Source: an uncultured virus (IMG/VR IMGVR_UViG_3300007171_000042)
Taxonomy: Duplodnaviria > Heunggongvirae > Uroviricota > Caudoviricetes
IMG/VR virus record: IMGVR_UViG_3300007171_000042
Coordinates: 1-64,000 of that record
Reading direction: 5' to 3' (one strand)
DNA: 64,000 bases
The notes under the pieces were generated by a model. It did not search any database and was not told where the DNA came from. It saw only the letters and a list, made by a program, of their open reading frames with translations. The translations under genes and the position numbers were made by a program. Positions 41,079 to 50,101 of the stretch are shown in pieces. How positions within the stretch are numbered: the stretch's first letter is position 1; every line of letters starts with the position of its first letter.

Positions 41079-41720
41079 TTAGTTGGGTTCGTCTCTGTTA
41101 TTGTCTTCAGTCTCGTAAGGAATCTTATGGTAGTTAATCAAAGATTGATTACACATTTCTACTAATGTATCTGTAAGATATGCAGGAAACTTAAATTGCT
41201 TATCGTACATACTTACACACTGAGTTCCATCAAGATCCTCAATAGACTCTGTAAAGTAAGCGTACATATTCACACATTCTACATCGGGATCTAATACATA
41301 GAGATAGCCATTGCGAATAGTGTAGTATTTCTTAGGAGTTTTAAATCTTAAAGAGTTGTGATTAATGAAGTCACGAATAGTAGTAGGAAATAATTCCTGA
41401 GAGTTAGAAGTGTTAAATACTCCCTGAATAAAGTAAGAGTACAAGCCTTCGTCAATATTAGGAAGTTTATGCTTTGTCCTACGAATAGGACAGTTTAAAT
41501 CACACTCTGATCCTGGAGCCTCAATTAAGTGTACGCACTCATAAGCTTGATACACGTTATCTGAGGTAAGCAATCTTCTTAAGTTGATTTCTCTACGTAA
41601 AAGAGTTGCAGCCTTGGTCTTTAACAACCCATAGATATAACGATCACTAATCATGTCATCATCACTGATAAACTTGTTAGCGCTCTTTACCCTAGCGATT
41701 AAGTCGGAATTAGTATACAT
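41079..41720 (-). CDS. Tail ring/adaptor protein
   Basis: 213 aa; YYTIRNGYLYV motif and C-terminal DNNRD; position in the tail module. Confidence 0.6.
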   Translation of the reverse strand: MYTNSDLIARVKSANKFISDDDMISDRYIYGLLKTKAATLLRREINLRRLLTSDNVYQAYECVHLIEAPGSECDLNCPIRRTKHKLPNIDEGLYSYFIQGVFNTSNSQELFPTTIRDFINHNSLRFKTPKKYYTIRNGYLYVLDPDVECVNMYAYFTESIEDLDGTQCVSMYDKQFKFPAYLTDTLVEMCNQSLINYHKIPYETEDNNRDEPN

Positions 41721-41754
41721 TAGTATATAGTTTGGGTTAATTTAAGGCTTATTA

Positions 41755-41785
41755 CAAATATAATTTAATTTTAAAGTTTAGTCAA
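41755..41785 (-). promoter_or_regulatory. Bacteroidota-type promoter
   Basis: TTG (41783-41785, within TTGAC), 20-nt spacer, TATATTTG (41755-41762). Confidence 0.7.
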
Positions 41786-41796
41786 GAGTTTATTTT

Positions 41797-41833
41797 AAAA
41801 CTAGAAGAGCCCACTTTCGCAGGCTCCTACTAG
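41797..41833 (-). terminator. Rho-independent terminator with GAAA tetraloop
   Basis: Minus-strand RNA GAGCCUGC-GAAA-GUGGGCUC, extended by CUAG/CUAG, then UUUU. Confidence 0.7.
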
Positions 41834-41877
41834 CAAGATGACAGGAAAACCAACCAAAAAATCCTGCCAAGATTTTA

Positions 41878-43740
41878 TTATACTTTATAGGTGTTACCTC
41901 CTAGTACGATTTCTAACGAGTCTCCTGCTGTAAAGGTTAAAGTTCCAGTAGGATTAATTAGATATACAAGTAAGCTTCCACCTGATAATGCTGCAATACC
42001 TCTAGTCGCTCCTGTAGGAATAGAAGGAGATGCAGCTGTATAAGTTAAAATAGATACCTGAAAGAATTCAGGATTTGTGTTCACGTATCCCACAGGCAAA
42101 TCAAAGAAGTCAATCAATTGATTGTTTGCCCAAGACACAGAACCTGTAACAGTTATACTACATGTTCCTGAGATAGTAACCATACCATTTACTTTGTGTA
42201 GTTTAGGATAACTTCCAATAGAGAATCTAGTAGAAGGAATCACACTCATATTAAGTGGACTACGTGGAGCCAAGGTAGAAGTTGAAATAGAACTTGCTGC
42301 TGTCTCCAAGTTAACAGTAATGTTAGAAGGATTATTAGTACGTGTAATGGTTACACTTCCTCCGGTAGAAGTAAAGATAAGTTCCTTATTTACATACTCA
42401 GAACCATTCCAGAATAAACTGTGGTAAGTAGAAGGAGCAGTAGAGGTTACATCCGACAAAGAAGAGATAGAGCAAGAACTCAACTGAGAGCAAGTAAAGC
42501 GTACTCCAGAAGCCAATGATACGTTCAAACCATCTGAGTCACTAGTAGCTACAAAGTCAGAAGCATTAAGCTTCATTTTCAGTCTTCCTAAAGTTGCTAC
42601 AATCTTAGTTAATTGGTTAGCAAGTGTGTCAGAAGTACTTGTATAGTTAAAAGTATAACCGTAATAAGGAGTTGTACCAAAGTTAGTAGCCCAAGCTAAG
42701 GTATAGTTTGTAGCAGGAATAGAAGCTAAAGTAGTGTTGATTGCACAGATCTGACTTGTAAACAAGATAGCCGCTGCACTCAAAGTACTAGTAGAAGATC
42801 CTCCAGTAATACAAGAGGTGTCAATAGATGCAGGAACTGCACTTCCTCCGGAGATGTATGTCTTTAAGTTATTAGCATTAGTAGTTACTGCAGTTACGTT
42901 AGCATCTGTAGTAGTCTTAATTGAGCATACATTACTTACTACCCAATCAAACCACACTTGCAAATCTGCACTAGAAGAAGGAACTGTAGTAAAGCAACCT
43001 GCAGTTACTCCAGTTAAGTCTAATTGAGTATTAATACTACAAAGCTTAGTTCCATATGCAGTTAAGATTTGGCTTAAAGTAGATACACCTGAAGTCAAAG
43101 TAACGCAAGAAGGTACAGTAAATGTAGGAGTCTCTAATGCAAGAGTACGAGTATTTAAAGAACACAATGCAGCAGAAGCAGCCTCAGTAAATTGTTGAGC
43201 ACTAGTGATAGCTGTTCCTACACCAGTTAAAACTCCTCCTACACGTAAACAAGAGTAATTGAATCCAGAATAGTTCAAACCTACAGAAGTAAGTGTACAA
43301 AGTCTCTGGTGAAGATTTACAATAGCATCGTCTACAGTAGAACTAGTAGAAATCAAAGCAGCTAAAGAGGTAACTGTAATTACTAAGTTATTACTTGGAG
43401 CAGTTCCTCCTAAAGAAGTCCCTAAAATGGTAATAGTATCTCCTACTGTGTAAGATGATCCTACAGATACAATAGTAACTGTGTAAGCAGTAGAACCTGG
43501 AGTACGAGTTACTTTAACCTGCAGACCAGTACCTGTTCCTCCTGAAGGAGTCAAGGTTACTTCTGTAATAGTTAAAGGATCTACTGCTGTACCAGTAAAA
43601 GAAAGAGTTCCTACGCCTCCTGTAGCACAGTACAAAGGAGATCCAGAGTAAGTAATACACTTACCATAGTTGGTAGACAAACATCCTGGCTCAGAGCAAG
43701 GGGTGTATATAGTTCCAGTGCAATCAATACAAGTAGACAT
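41878..43740 (-). CDS. Cys-rich fibre-like structural protein
   Basis: Start revised to ATG at 43740 (TAATG overlap with upstream stop); MSTCIDC...; Thr/Ser-rich with repeated C-x(n)-LC/IC coiled segments; beta-rich fibre-tip C-terminus. Confidence 0.65.
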   Translation of the reverse strand: MSTCIDCTGTIYTPCSEPGCLSTNYGKCITYSGSPLYCATGGVGTLSFTGTAVDPLTITEVTLTPSGGTGTGLQVKVTRTPGSTAYTVTIVSVGSSYTVGDTITILGTSLGGTAPSNNLVITVTSLAALISTSSTVDDAIVNLHQRLCTLTSVGLNYSGFNYSCLRVGGVLTGVGTAITSAQQFTEAASAALCSLNTRTLALETPTFTVPSCVTLTSGVSTLSQILTAYGTKLCSINTQLDLTGVTAGCFTTVPSSSADLQVWFDWVVSNVCSIKTTTDANVTAVTTNANNLKTYISGGSAVPASIDTSCITGGSSTSTLSAAAILFTSQICAINTTLASIPATNYTLAWATNFGTTPYYGYTFNYTSTSDTLANQLTKIVATLGRLKMKLNASDFVATSDSDGLNVSLASGVRFTCSQLSSCSISSLSDVTSTAPSTYHSLFWNGSEYVNKELIFTSTGGSVTITRTNNPSNITVNLETAASSISTSTLAPRSPLNMSVIPSTRFSIGSYPKLHKVNGMVTISGTCSITVTGSVSWANNQLIDFFDLPVGYVNTNPEFFQVSILTYTAASPSIPTGATRGIAALSGGSLLVYLINPTGTLTFTAGDSLEIVLGGNTYKV

Positions 43741-44243
43741 TATGCGCAAATTTTAGCAATAATAGCGTTTAACAAATCTTTTAAAGTAAAAATAGTACCA
43801 CCTTGGCAATAAGACTCTAGGCATCCTAAGTCTACCTTTCCATCTAAAGGAAGATCTAACCAATGAACATTACCACTGTTTGTATTAATATTTCCCGCAG
43901 TTAAATAGTTCATGCGAGAACGTAAGTCACAAATAACTCCTACCAACTTAATAACCACTTCTGAAGAATAGTACTTGTCATCTTTTACTGTTAAGCCAGT
44001 AGTTGAGATTACAGGAGTAGTACCACAAGCAGTGTTAGCTGCATCAAAAGTAGACTTATTCAATCCTACACGTGCATCTAAAAGAGTTACGTTATCATCC
44101 AACAACTTAAGCAAGTCATTTAGATAAGGATCGCAAGAGTCAAAAGAATCAATCAGACCTCCTGTAGTAGGAGTACCTGTATACTTTACGCACCCAGAAG
44201 GAACGATTTCTACGCAGTTGTTATTAGGGCAGCAGTTAGTCAT
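43740..44243 (-). CDS. Cys-rich structural protein
   Basis: MTNCCPNNNC...CVKYTG resembles the N-terminus of 41878..43740 (CITYSG). Confidence 0.6.
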   Translation of the reverse strand: MTNCCPNNNCVEIVPSGCVKYTGTPTTGGLIDSFDSCDPYLNDLLKLLDDNVTLLDARVGLNKSTFDAANTACGTTPVISTTGLTVKDDKYYSSEVVIKLVGVICDLRSRMNYLTAGNINTNSGNVHWLDLPLDGKVDLGCLESYCQGGTIFTLKDLLNAIIAKICA

Positions 44244-44244
44244 T

Positions 44245-44433
44245 TTACAATTTTATTTTAAGGGTTTGATTAGTATCACAATCTAAACAGTGAGAGTACT
44301 TAAGAAATCTTGCTAGTCCTCTTGATTTCTTGTAATACGGTTTTGTTAAGTATTTGATATGCTGAAGTTCTTTGTAGGCAGCTGCAGCAAGTTTTTTCTT
44401 AACAGTCAAGCTCAAGTCTTCTGAGTAGGTCAT
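44245..44433 (-). CDS. Small hypothetical protein (probable start MTYSEDL)
   Basis: ATG at 44433 gives 62 aa with C-terminal CLDC; tightly packed in the operon. Confidence 0.5.
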   Translation of the reverse strand: MTYSEDLSLTVKKKLAAAAYKELQHIKYLTKPYYKKSRGLARFLKYSHCLDCDTNQTLKIKL

Positions 44434-44905
44434 CGGCTTTCTTATACAGTTCAGTAGCTTTTGTAGGGTTACACAAGTCAGCATGTGCTTCTGCTCCCTT
44501 TAACAAAAACTCAATTTTATCAAGGTAATAAAGAATCTTCTCATCGTCACAGCAATCTACATATTTAGCCCACTGTGCAGCAAGACGACAATCAATCTTA
44601 CAAGTCCTTAAGTGATGACGAGAATTGACTCCCGTATCAGGACAGGTTGTGACAACTAATGAGTATACTCCATCAGGTAATTCTGTAAAGTCAGAAGTAG
44701 CTGAGGTAGTAAAGCCAAATGAATATGAGTTGTAGGTGTTTGTTTGACCAAACAAGAAAGGGAACTCATAGGCAGAATCATACCCAGGAACTCCAATAAA
44801 AATACTTGCACTTGTAGGTGCTACAGGATATACAGAGGTATCAATGATTGTTAAGTAAGAACAATCCTTGGCTTTTAATACTTCGAGATTTAGTTGTACG
44901 TTCAT
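44399..44905 (-). CDS. Cys-rich structural protein (possible vertex/auxiliary protein)
   Basis: LPDGVYSL motif, Ig-like N-terminus and helical Cys-rich C-terminus. Confidence 0.55.
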   Translation of the reverse strand: MNVQLNLEVLKAKDCSYLTIIDTSVYPVAPTSASIFIGVPGYDSAYEFPFLFGQTNTYNSYSFGFTTSATSDFTELPDGVYSLVVTTCPDTGVNSRHHLRTCKIDCRLAAQWAKYVDCCDDEKILYYLDKIEFLLKGAEAHADLCNPTKATELYKKADDLLRRLELDC

Positions 44906-44910
44906 AGTTT

Positions 44911-44935
44911 AAAAAAGGGGAGTGTTACCTCCCCT
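44911..44935 (-). terminator. Rho-independent terminator
   Basis: aggggag/ctcccct inverted repeat followed on the minus strand by a U-run. Confidence 0.7.
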
Positions 44936-44950
44936 ATTTAATTGGGTTAA

Positions 44951-45388
44951 TTAGAAGATTCCGAAACCGATAGTTACGGTACCAGTGTTAGAAACAACAC
45001 CTGCTAAAGAGATTGAGCAAGAACCTGCTACAATGTTATCTACTTGTACGACAACTAAGCCAGCACCAGAAGTATCATTTACAGTAGCAAGAATTACAGA
45101 ATCAGCTTTAATGTAGCTGTTATTAAGGGTAAAAGTATTTACAGTTCCTGCAATAGTAGCACTTACAGTTGTGATCTCACCAGCAGGCTGGTTAAGAGTA
45201 ACTGCACTTGTAATACTGCCAGTTTGGGTAACTACTCCTTTAGTTAAAGTGACGTATTTAGCACAGCAAGTAGGATTCTTCAACAAGCCTACAACAAAGT
45301 CTTCCATAGATTGACCAGGAATGTTCTTTGTGTTTTGAGTCTTAGTATCCTTAAGGAATGTGCCAGGTTTTAAGATGATATCTTTCAT
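44951..45388 (-). CDS. Probable head fibre/decoration protein
   Basis: 145 aa, beta-rich (VTQTGSITSAVTLN...FTLNNSYIKADSVILAT); flanked by terminators; follows the auxiliary capsid gene. Confidence 0.5.
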   Translation of the reverse strand: MKDIILKPGTFLKDTKTQNTKNIPGQSMEDFVVGLLKNPTCCAKYVTLTKGVVTQTGSITSAVTLNQPAGEITTVSATIAGTVNTFTLNNSYIKADSVILATVNDTSGAGLVVVQVDNIVAGSCSISLAGVVSNTGTVTIGFGIF

Positions 45389-45408
45389 TTTTTGTTTAGA
45401 TTAAAGGT

Positions 45409-45436
45409 AAAAAGGGGGAGGATTTATTCTCCCCCT
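45409..45436 (-). terminator. Rho-independent terminator
   Basis: agggggag/ctccccct inverted repeat followed on the minus strand by a U-run. Confidence 0.7.
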
Positions 45437-45443
45437 ATTTAGA

Positions 45444-46787
45444 TTAGACGTGGAAGCTAGTAGGCAATACGTTGTTCAATACAGCAGCAACTGCAGTACT
45501 TACGGCACCAGTAGTAGCCAAGATAACTACAGAGTGTACGTTCTCAGTCTTCTTCTCGAAGCCAATTGGAGAAGGCTCGATGTAAGTGATTTCGTACATG
45601 TCGTAAGTGGTACCAGAGTTTACATACAAGTAGTTGTTAGAATCTTCGTTGTAAACTGGGTTCCAGTAGCGACGAGCATCTGCAGTAGCAGGCAAGTTGT
45701 TGGTGAAGTAGTGACGCTCCATTTCAGCCATAGCTGCACCAGCACCCAAAGGATATTTAATATCTTGAGTAGTAGTTACAGGAACAGCAGCACAGAAGTT
45801 TTCGATATCGAAATCTTGAGTGTTGTAAGGACCTTCATGAACGTTTACTTTGAAACGTACCAAGTTGAATACGTAAGGAACTGCATCAGGAACACAAGCG
45901 TTACCGAATTCATCCAATACCTTACCTTCGATTTTAACACCGCAAGCAGTTACTGAACCAGCAGATACCAATACTTTTTCCCAAGCTACACCGTTGAAGT
46001 TAGGCAAGCTAGTTACTCCTGCGATAGGAGTCAACTCGTACATAGTGTTACCCAAGCTATCTGCATCAGAATCACCATCAACGTCTGAAGTGATAACGAT
46101 ATCAGAAGAAGGAGTAGTTACGTAAGCAGCGTAGGTAGAACGCAAAGTGGTCAATACAGCAGTTTCTGCAGTAGAGTCACCTGGATCTTTGTAAGTCAAA
46201 GTCCATTTGTAAGTAGGCAAAGAACCTTTGTAAACATAGGTAGCAGTTACATACTTGCTCAACAAAGGAGAAGCGTTGATTTTGTCAGCGATCTCACTCA
46301 TGTAAGTAGAGCAACCCAAAGAGTCACATCCACCTGCACAGTCAGCGCAGCAAGCAGTTTTTACACGAACTGACTCTTGGATCATAGGTTGGAATACACC
46401 CTTAGACCAGTACTCGTCAATCTTCAAAGTAACAACATACTCTTCATCGCAAGCAAAGTTAACAGCTTTAGCATCGTTAACTTCATCAAAACCGATGTAA
46501 GTGATTTGTTGCTTGATAGTAGTGTCAGCTAAAGTTTTTGCAGTAGAAACAATGTTAGCTACTTTAATAGCAGAGGTTTTGAAAGAACCATACTTAGAGT
46601 TTCCAGAACCAATAGCTACCAAAAAGTCAGCATCAGCAGCAGTACCACCAATGTTAGCAAAAGTGCTGGGATTGTAGATACCCATCACCTGTTTAGTAAG
46701 TGCGTCAGTAGTTACACTACCAGTAGTACCACCAGAACTAGCAGAAACTGCAGTAGGTACAAAAATTTGTGTGATTTTGTGATTCAT
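45444..46787 (-). CDS. Auxiliary capsid / abundant structural protein
   Basis: 447 aa; codon bias similar to the MCP gene; crAss-like position downstream of MCP. Confidence 0.6.
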   Translation of the reverse strand: MNHKITQIFVPTAVSASSGGTTGSVTTDALTKQVMGIYNPSTFANIGGTAADADFLVAIGSGNSKYGSFKTSAIKVANIVSTAKTLADTTIKQQITYIGFDEVNDAKAVNFACDEEYVVTLKIDEYWSKGVFQPMIQESVRVKTACCADCAGGCDSLGCSTYMSEIADKINASPLLSKYVTATYVYKGSLPTYKWTLTYKDPGDSTAETAVLTTLRSTYAAYVTTPSSDIVITSDVDGDSDADSLGNTMYELTPIAGVTSLPNFNGVAWEKVLVSAGSVTACGVKIEGKVLDEFGNACVPDAVPYVFNLVRFKVNVHEGPYNTQDFDIENFCAAVPVTTTQDIKYPLGAGAAMAEMERHYFTNNLPATADARRYWNPVYNEDSNNYLYVNSGTTYDMYEITYIEPSPIGFEKKTENVHSVVILATTGAVSTAVAAVLNNVLPTSFHV

Positions 46788-46798
46788 AGTTTTATTTA

Positions 46799-47515
46799 TT
46801 ATTCAGAGTTTTTATTTAAGCGATCTTCTGCAAATACAGCCTGAGCTTGATTATCAGTTGATTGAGCAGCAAACTTTACAGCTAAGTCGACTAGGTCTGA
46901 CTTTGCATACTCAGGGAGTTCTGAGTCTTGGTTAACAGAGTTTGTTCCATCAAACTTTACGTAGCCCTGTACATCTATATCAAGGGGATAACGTAAGTAT
47001 GTAATATAAACCTGTTCAACCGTGAACTTACCATCTGTATAGACTGTCAAATTATCATTCCCCAGTGTGGCTATAGTTGTTCTCCACTCAAACGAAGGGT
47101 TGTAATTTGTATCTAAATACTTACTAGTAAGTTCTCCATGTCTAATCAAGTCTACAGTCATAGGTTCAGAGCATTTGCCCTTCTTACCAATAGCATAAGA
47201 CGTGATATAGAACATATAGTTTGCGGCATCTTTCAAAGGACAGTCGTATCCAAGATGAAAGAGATCGTTTGTTTTGTTAGGCTTCAGAGGAACATTAGGG
47301 ACTTTCAATACTTGTAAGTCGTCTATACGTTTTCTGATAGATTCATAACCTACTTTGTAAACATTGTTAGGATTAATTTTAGTTTTAATCCAACTAACTT
47401 GAGCCTTGTTGAGGTAAACAATGATATCCTCGATAGGGATATCAATGTTATCCTGACGATTAACTTTGTTTAAAGTTAACTTGAATTCGTAAATCAGTTC
47501 CTCAACAGGGATCAT
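46799..47515 (-). CDS. Head-tail ring/adaptor protein
   Basis: EDIIVYLNKAQ...YITYLRYP...ELPEYAKSDLVDLAV resembles crAss-like ring proteins. Confidence 0.65.
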   Translation of the reverse strand: MIPVEELIYEFKLTLNKVNRQDNIDIPIEDIIVYLNKAQVSWIKTKINPNNVYKVGYESIRKRIDDLQVLKVPNVPLKPNKTNDLFHLGYDCPLKDAANYMFYITSYAIGKKGKCSEPMTVDLIRHGELTSKYLDTNYNPSFEWRTTIATLGNDNLTVYTDGKFTVEQVYITYLRYPLDIDVQGYVKFDGTNSVNQDSELPEYAKSDLVDLAVKFAAQSTDNQAQAVFAEDRLNKNSE

Positions 47516-47529
47516 TCGTTAGTTTTATA

Positions 47530-48468
47530 TTACAAAGAGTTAATTCTCAATTTATTTTTAAGTTTTTCCTTAAAGGCATCATACTCTTCGGTGTTTTTAG
47601 GATCTGCTAAGAAGAGTTCAAACTCTTCAATAGATTTAGCCCAAACATGCTCTCCCTCGTATATGATAGAACCTTTAATTCTAACTATGTTTTTGTCTAC
47701 TAGATCTTTTACTAAGGCCTTAACATCCAGCAAGTCGTCACTGTAAGAGGTAATCTTCAGGAACTGCTCAATAGGATCTCTATCCATAGCACTAGCAGGT
47801 GTACGTAAGTATTCGTCTACAGCGTTGTAGATTTCTTCTTCTGTACTGTCTATAGGTAAACCTAAGCCTAAAAGTTTTTGGATCTTCCTACGCTTTGTAG
47901 CACTCATTCTATCGAGGTCTGCAATAGCGCTGTTGATCTTCTTCTTACGCTCGAAGGTAGTTTTAGTTTCTACTTCTCCATTGTAAACATAGAATTTTAC
48001 AATTGAAGTGTCCACTCGACCACTTTCAATATCATCCAAAGAAGAAGCAACCATATCGGTCTCCATTAACCAGTAGTAGTTAATGGCTTCTCTAGGATTT
48101 TCCATATTGAAAATGTTCTCACCATCTTCTAAGGTGTAACCGTTTTCTTTAATTTCGTCATAGAACGTACTGTTAGGCAACAAGGATTCGTCTAGGATAG
48201 ACTCATAATACTCTCTAAGTTGTAACACTCTTTGAGTCTCTTGCTCTCTAACTTCTGGGTCCAAGATTCCACGGAACTTCGGAGAGTTCTCATCTAATCC
48301 TGTTCTAATTACTCCACGTGAGTCTACACGGGGGTAAAATTTTCTTACTGTACCAGGGATGAAGTTGTATCCATTCTGATAAAGTGATCCTTCTAACGTC
48401 CGCAAGTTTGCGGGCTCTTTTTTGTAGGGACGAATTACTCGTACTCCCTTAGCAATATTATTACTCAT
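47530..48468 (-). CDS. Conserved crAss-like protein downstream of MCP
   Basis: 312-aa intact ORF in the conserved capsid block. Confidence 0.6.
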   Translation of the reverse strand: MSNNIAKGVRVIRPYKKEPANLRTLEGSLYQNGYNFIPGTVRKFYPRVDSRGVIRTGLDENSPKFRGILDPEVREQETQRVLQLREYYESILDESLLPNSTFYDEIKENGYTLEDGENIFNMENPREAINYYWLMETDMVASSLDDIESGRVDTSIVKFYVYNGEVETKTTFERKKKINSAIADLDRMSATKRRKIQKLLGLGLPIDSTEEEIYNAVDEYLRTPASAMDRDPIEQFLKITSYSDDLLDVKALVKDLVDKNIVRIKGSIIYEGEHVWAKSIEEFELFLADPKNTEEYDAFKEKLKNKLRINSL

Positions 48469-48510
48469 GTTGGTTTTGGTTTTTTTAGTTTGTTCTAACT
48501 TTATCTATTT

Positions 48511-48534
48511 AGGAGGGGCTGTTACACCCCTCCT
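48511..48534 (-). other. Stable hairpin just after the MCP stop (mRNA stabiliser or weak terminator)
   Basis: aggagggg/cccctcct 8-bp inverted repeat; no U-tract on the minus strand. Confidence 0.55.
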
Positions 48535-48548
48535 TCATAGAAACGCAA

Positions 48549-50078
48549 TTAGATGCGAGGGAATTCTTTAATGATCACAGTCTTAGTAGGATCTTCCAAG
48601 AAGATACCTGCGAAGTCTTTCATCATATAGGTAGAGTAAGGATCTTTGCTAGCTACAACAGTTTGCTGTGAACCAAATCCTACTGAACCAGGGATGTACT
48701 GATAGTACATGTTAGGGCGAGTAGCCAATTTCACTTCACGGATACCTGCGTCATCTTGACCAGATACATCCAAGATAATGAAGATTGGAGGAGTCTTCTT
48801 GTTAGGACCCAACTCCAAGAAGGTAGCATGCTCGTTCAACTGTTCCAATTCTACGAATTCTACAGGACCAGTTTCGGTGGTCATGAAGTGATCGAATTGG
48901 AAAGCATAACCTTGCTTCAAGCGATCTTTACCATCCAAGAACTTACCAGCGTCAACCATGAAGTTTTGACCGTTGAAGTCTTTACGGATAGCAGTAGAAG
49001 CCAACTCCATACCTGAACGGTTGGTGTAGATCTTCACACTACGATCTTTGATCAATACACGGTTGTAGAACAAGTCACCGATAGCAGCACGAATCAAGTT
49101 CAAAGAGAACTGACCACGATCGTAGTAGATAACGTTACCCAAGTGAAGTTGTTGCCACAAACCTTGCTTAGCACGGGTAGGACGACCTTTTTCATCTTTA
49201 GCGTTACCTTGACGACCCCACATCAAAGTGTTGGCCTTCATACGCATCATCTCCATACGGAGCAAGCGAGATACTGTAGGCTCCCAACCAACAATCTTGG
49301 TCTTTTCACCCTGAGCCATAGGATCAGTTACAGAGTAGTAAGTGATGTCCAAAGGATTGCCTGAAGCATCAGTTTGCATACCCAATTTGGTTGCATCAGC
49401 CCAGTCAGTGATAGTGTGTTCAACACCATACTGTTGCAATACATCAGCCATAACTTCCAAGTTACCATCGAACAATCCCAAGCTAGAGAATGAAGTGGTG
49501 TACTCACCCAAGATGTTACCAATCTTGAAGTACTCAGTACCGATTTGCAAGAAGCGCTGATTAACGAAGTCGCTAGAAGAAGCACCTACAGCACGGAACT
49601 TGTATTTGAAACCGTTCTGATACTTTTCACCTTCAGAAACAACTTGCAACTGGGTTTCTTGCTCATAGCGGTGAGCAGTGATGATGTCGTTAGTTACGAA
49701 TACGTTCTTGTCGAATACGATTTCGAACTCTTGACCATCAATACCAGGTTTAGCTACAGCAGAAGCCAAGTTAACAATAACTTTAGGCAACTCAGCACGC
49801 TTCTTGATCTTGTAGGTGAAAACACCGTTAGGATCATTAACCATGAAAGGTTTACCTGATTTCATAACCAAGTCAATCAAGTCGTTAGAGTACAACTTGG
49901 TGTCAGTGAAAAGACGAATCATCATTTTGTCATACTGATCAGGCTTAGTGCGCAGCATGGTTTCTACGAAGTTCTTGTCTGTGAGTTTACCCAAACCATT
50001 CTTAGAATAGAATGAGCTGGTCATGTGAGCGTTAGCTATAACTCTCCCATTGACGCGTGGAATACTTTGATTAGGCAT
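48549..50078 (-). CDS. Major capsid protein
   Basis: 509 aa; order terminase-portal-acidic protein-MCP; strong C-ending codon bias; GLWQQL and C-terminal GIFLEDPTK motifs as in crAss-like MCPs. Confidence 0.85.
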   Translation of the reverse strand: MPNQSIPRVNGRVIANAHMTSSFYSKNGLGKLTDKNFVETMLRTKPDQYDKMMIRLFTDTKLYSNDLIDLVMKSGKPFMVNDPNGVFTYKIKKRAELPKVIVNLASAVAKPGIDGQEFEIVFDKNVFVTNDIITAHRYEQETQLQVVSEGEKYQNGFKYKFRAVGASSSDFVNQRFLQIGTEYFKIGNILGEYTTSFSSLGLFDGNLEVMADVLQQYGVEHTITDWADATKLGMQTDASGNPLDITYYSVTDPMAQGEKTKIVGWEPTVSRLLRMEMMRMKANTLMWGRQGNAKDEKGRPTRAKQGLWQQLHLGNVIYYDRGQFSLNLIRAAIGDLFYNRVLIKDRSVKIYTNRSGMELASTAIRKDFNGQNFMVDAGKFLDGKDRLKQGYAFQFDHFMTTETGPVEFVELEQLNEHATFLELGPNKKTPPIFIILDVSGQDDAGIREVKLATRPNMYYQYIPGSVGFGSQQTVVASKDPYSTYMMKDFAGIFLEDPTKTVIIKEFPRI

Positions 50079-50101
50079 AGTAATTTATTTTTGTTTTTGT
50101 T

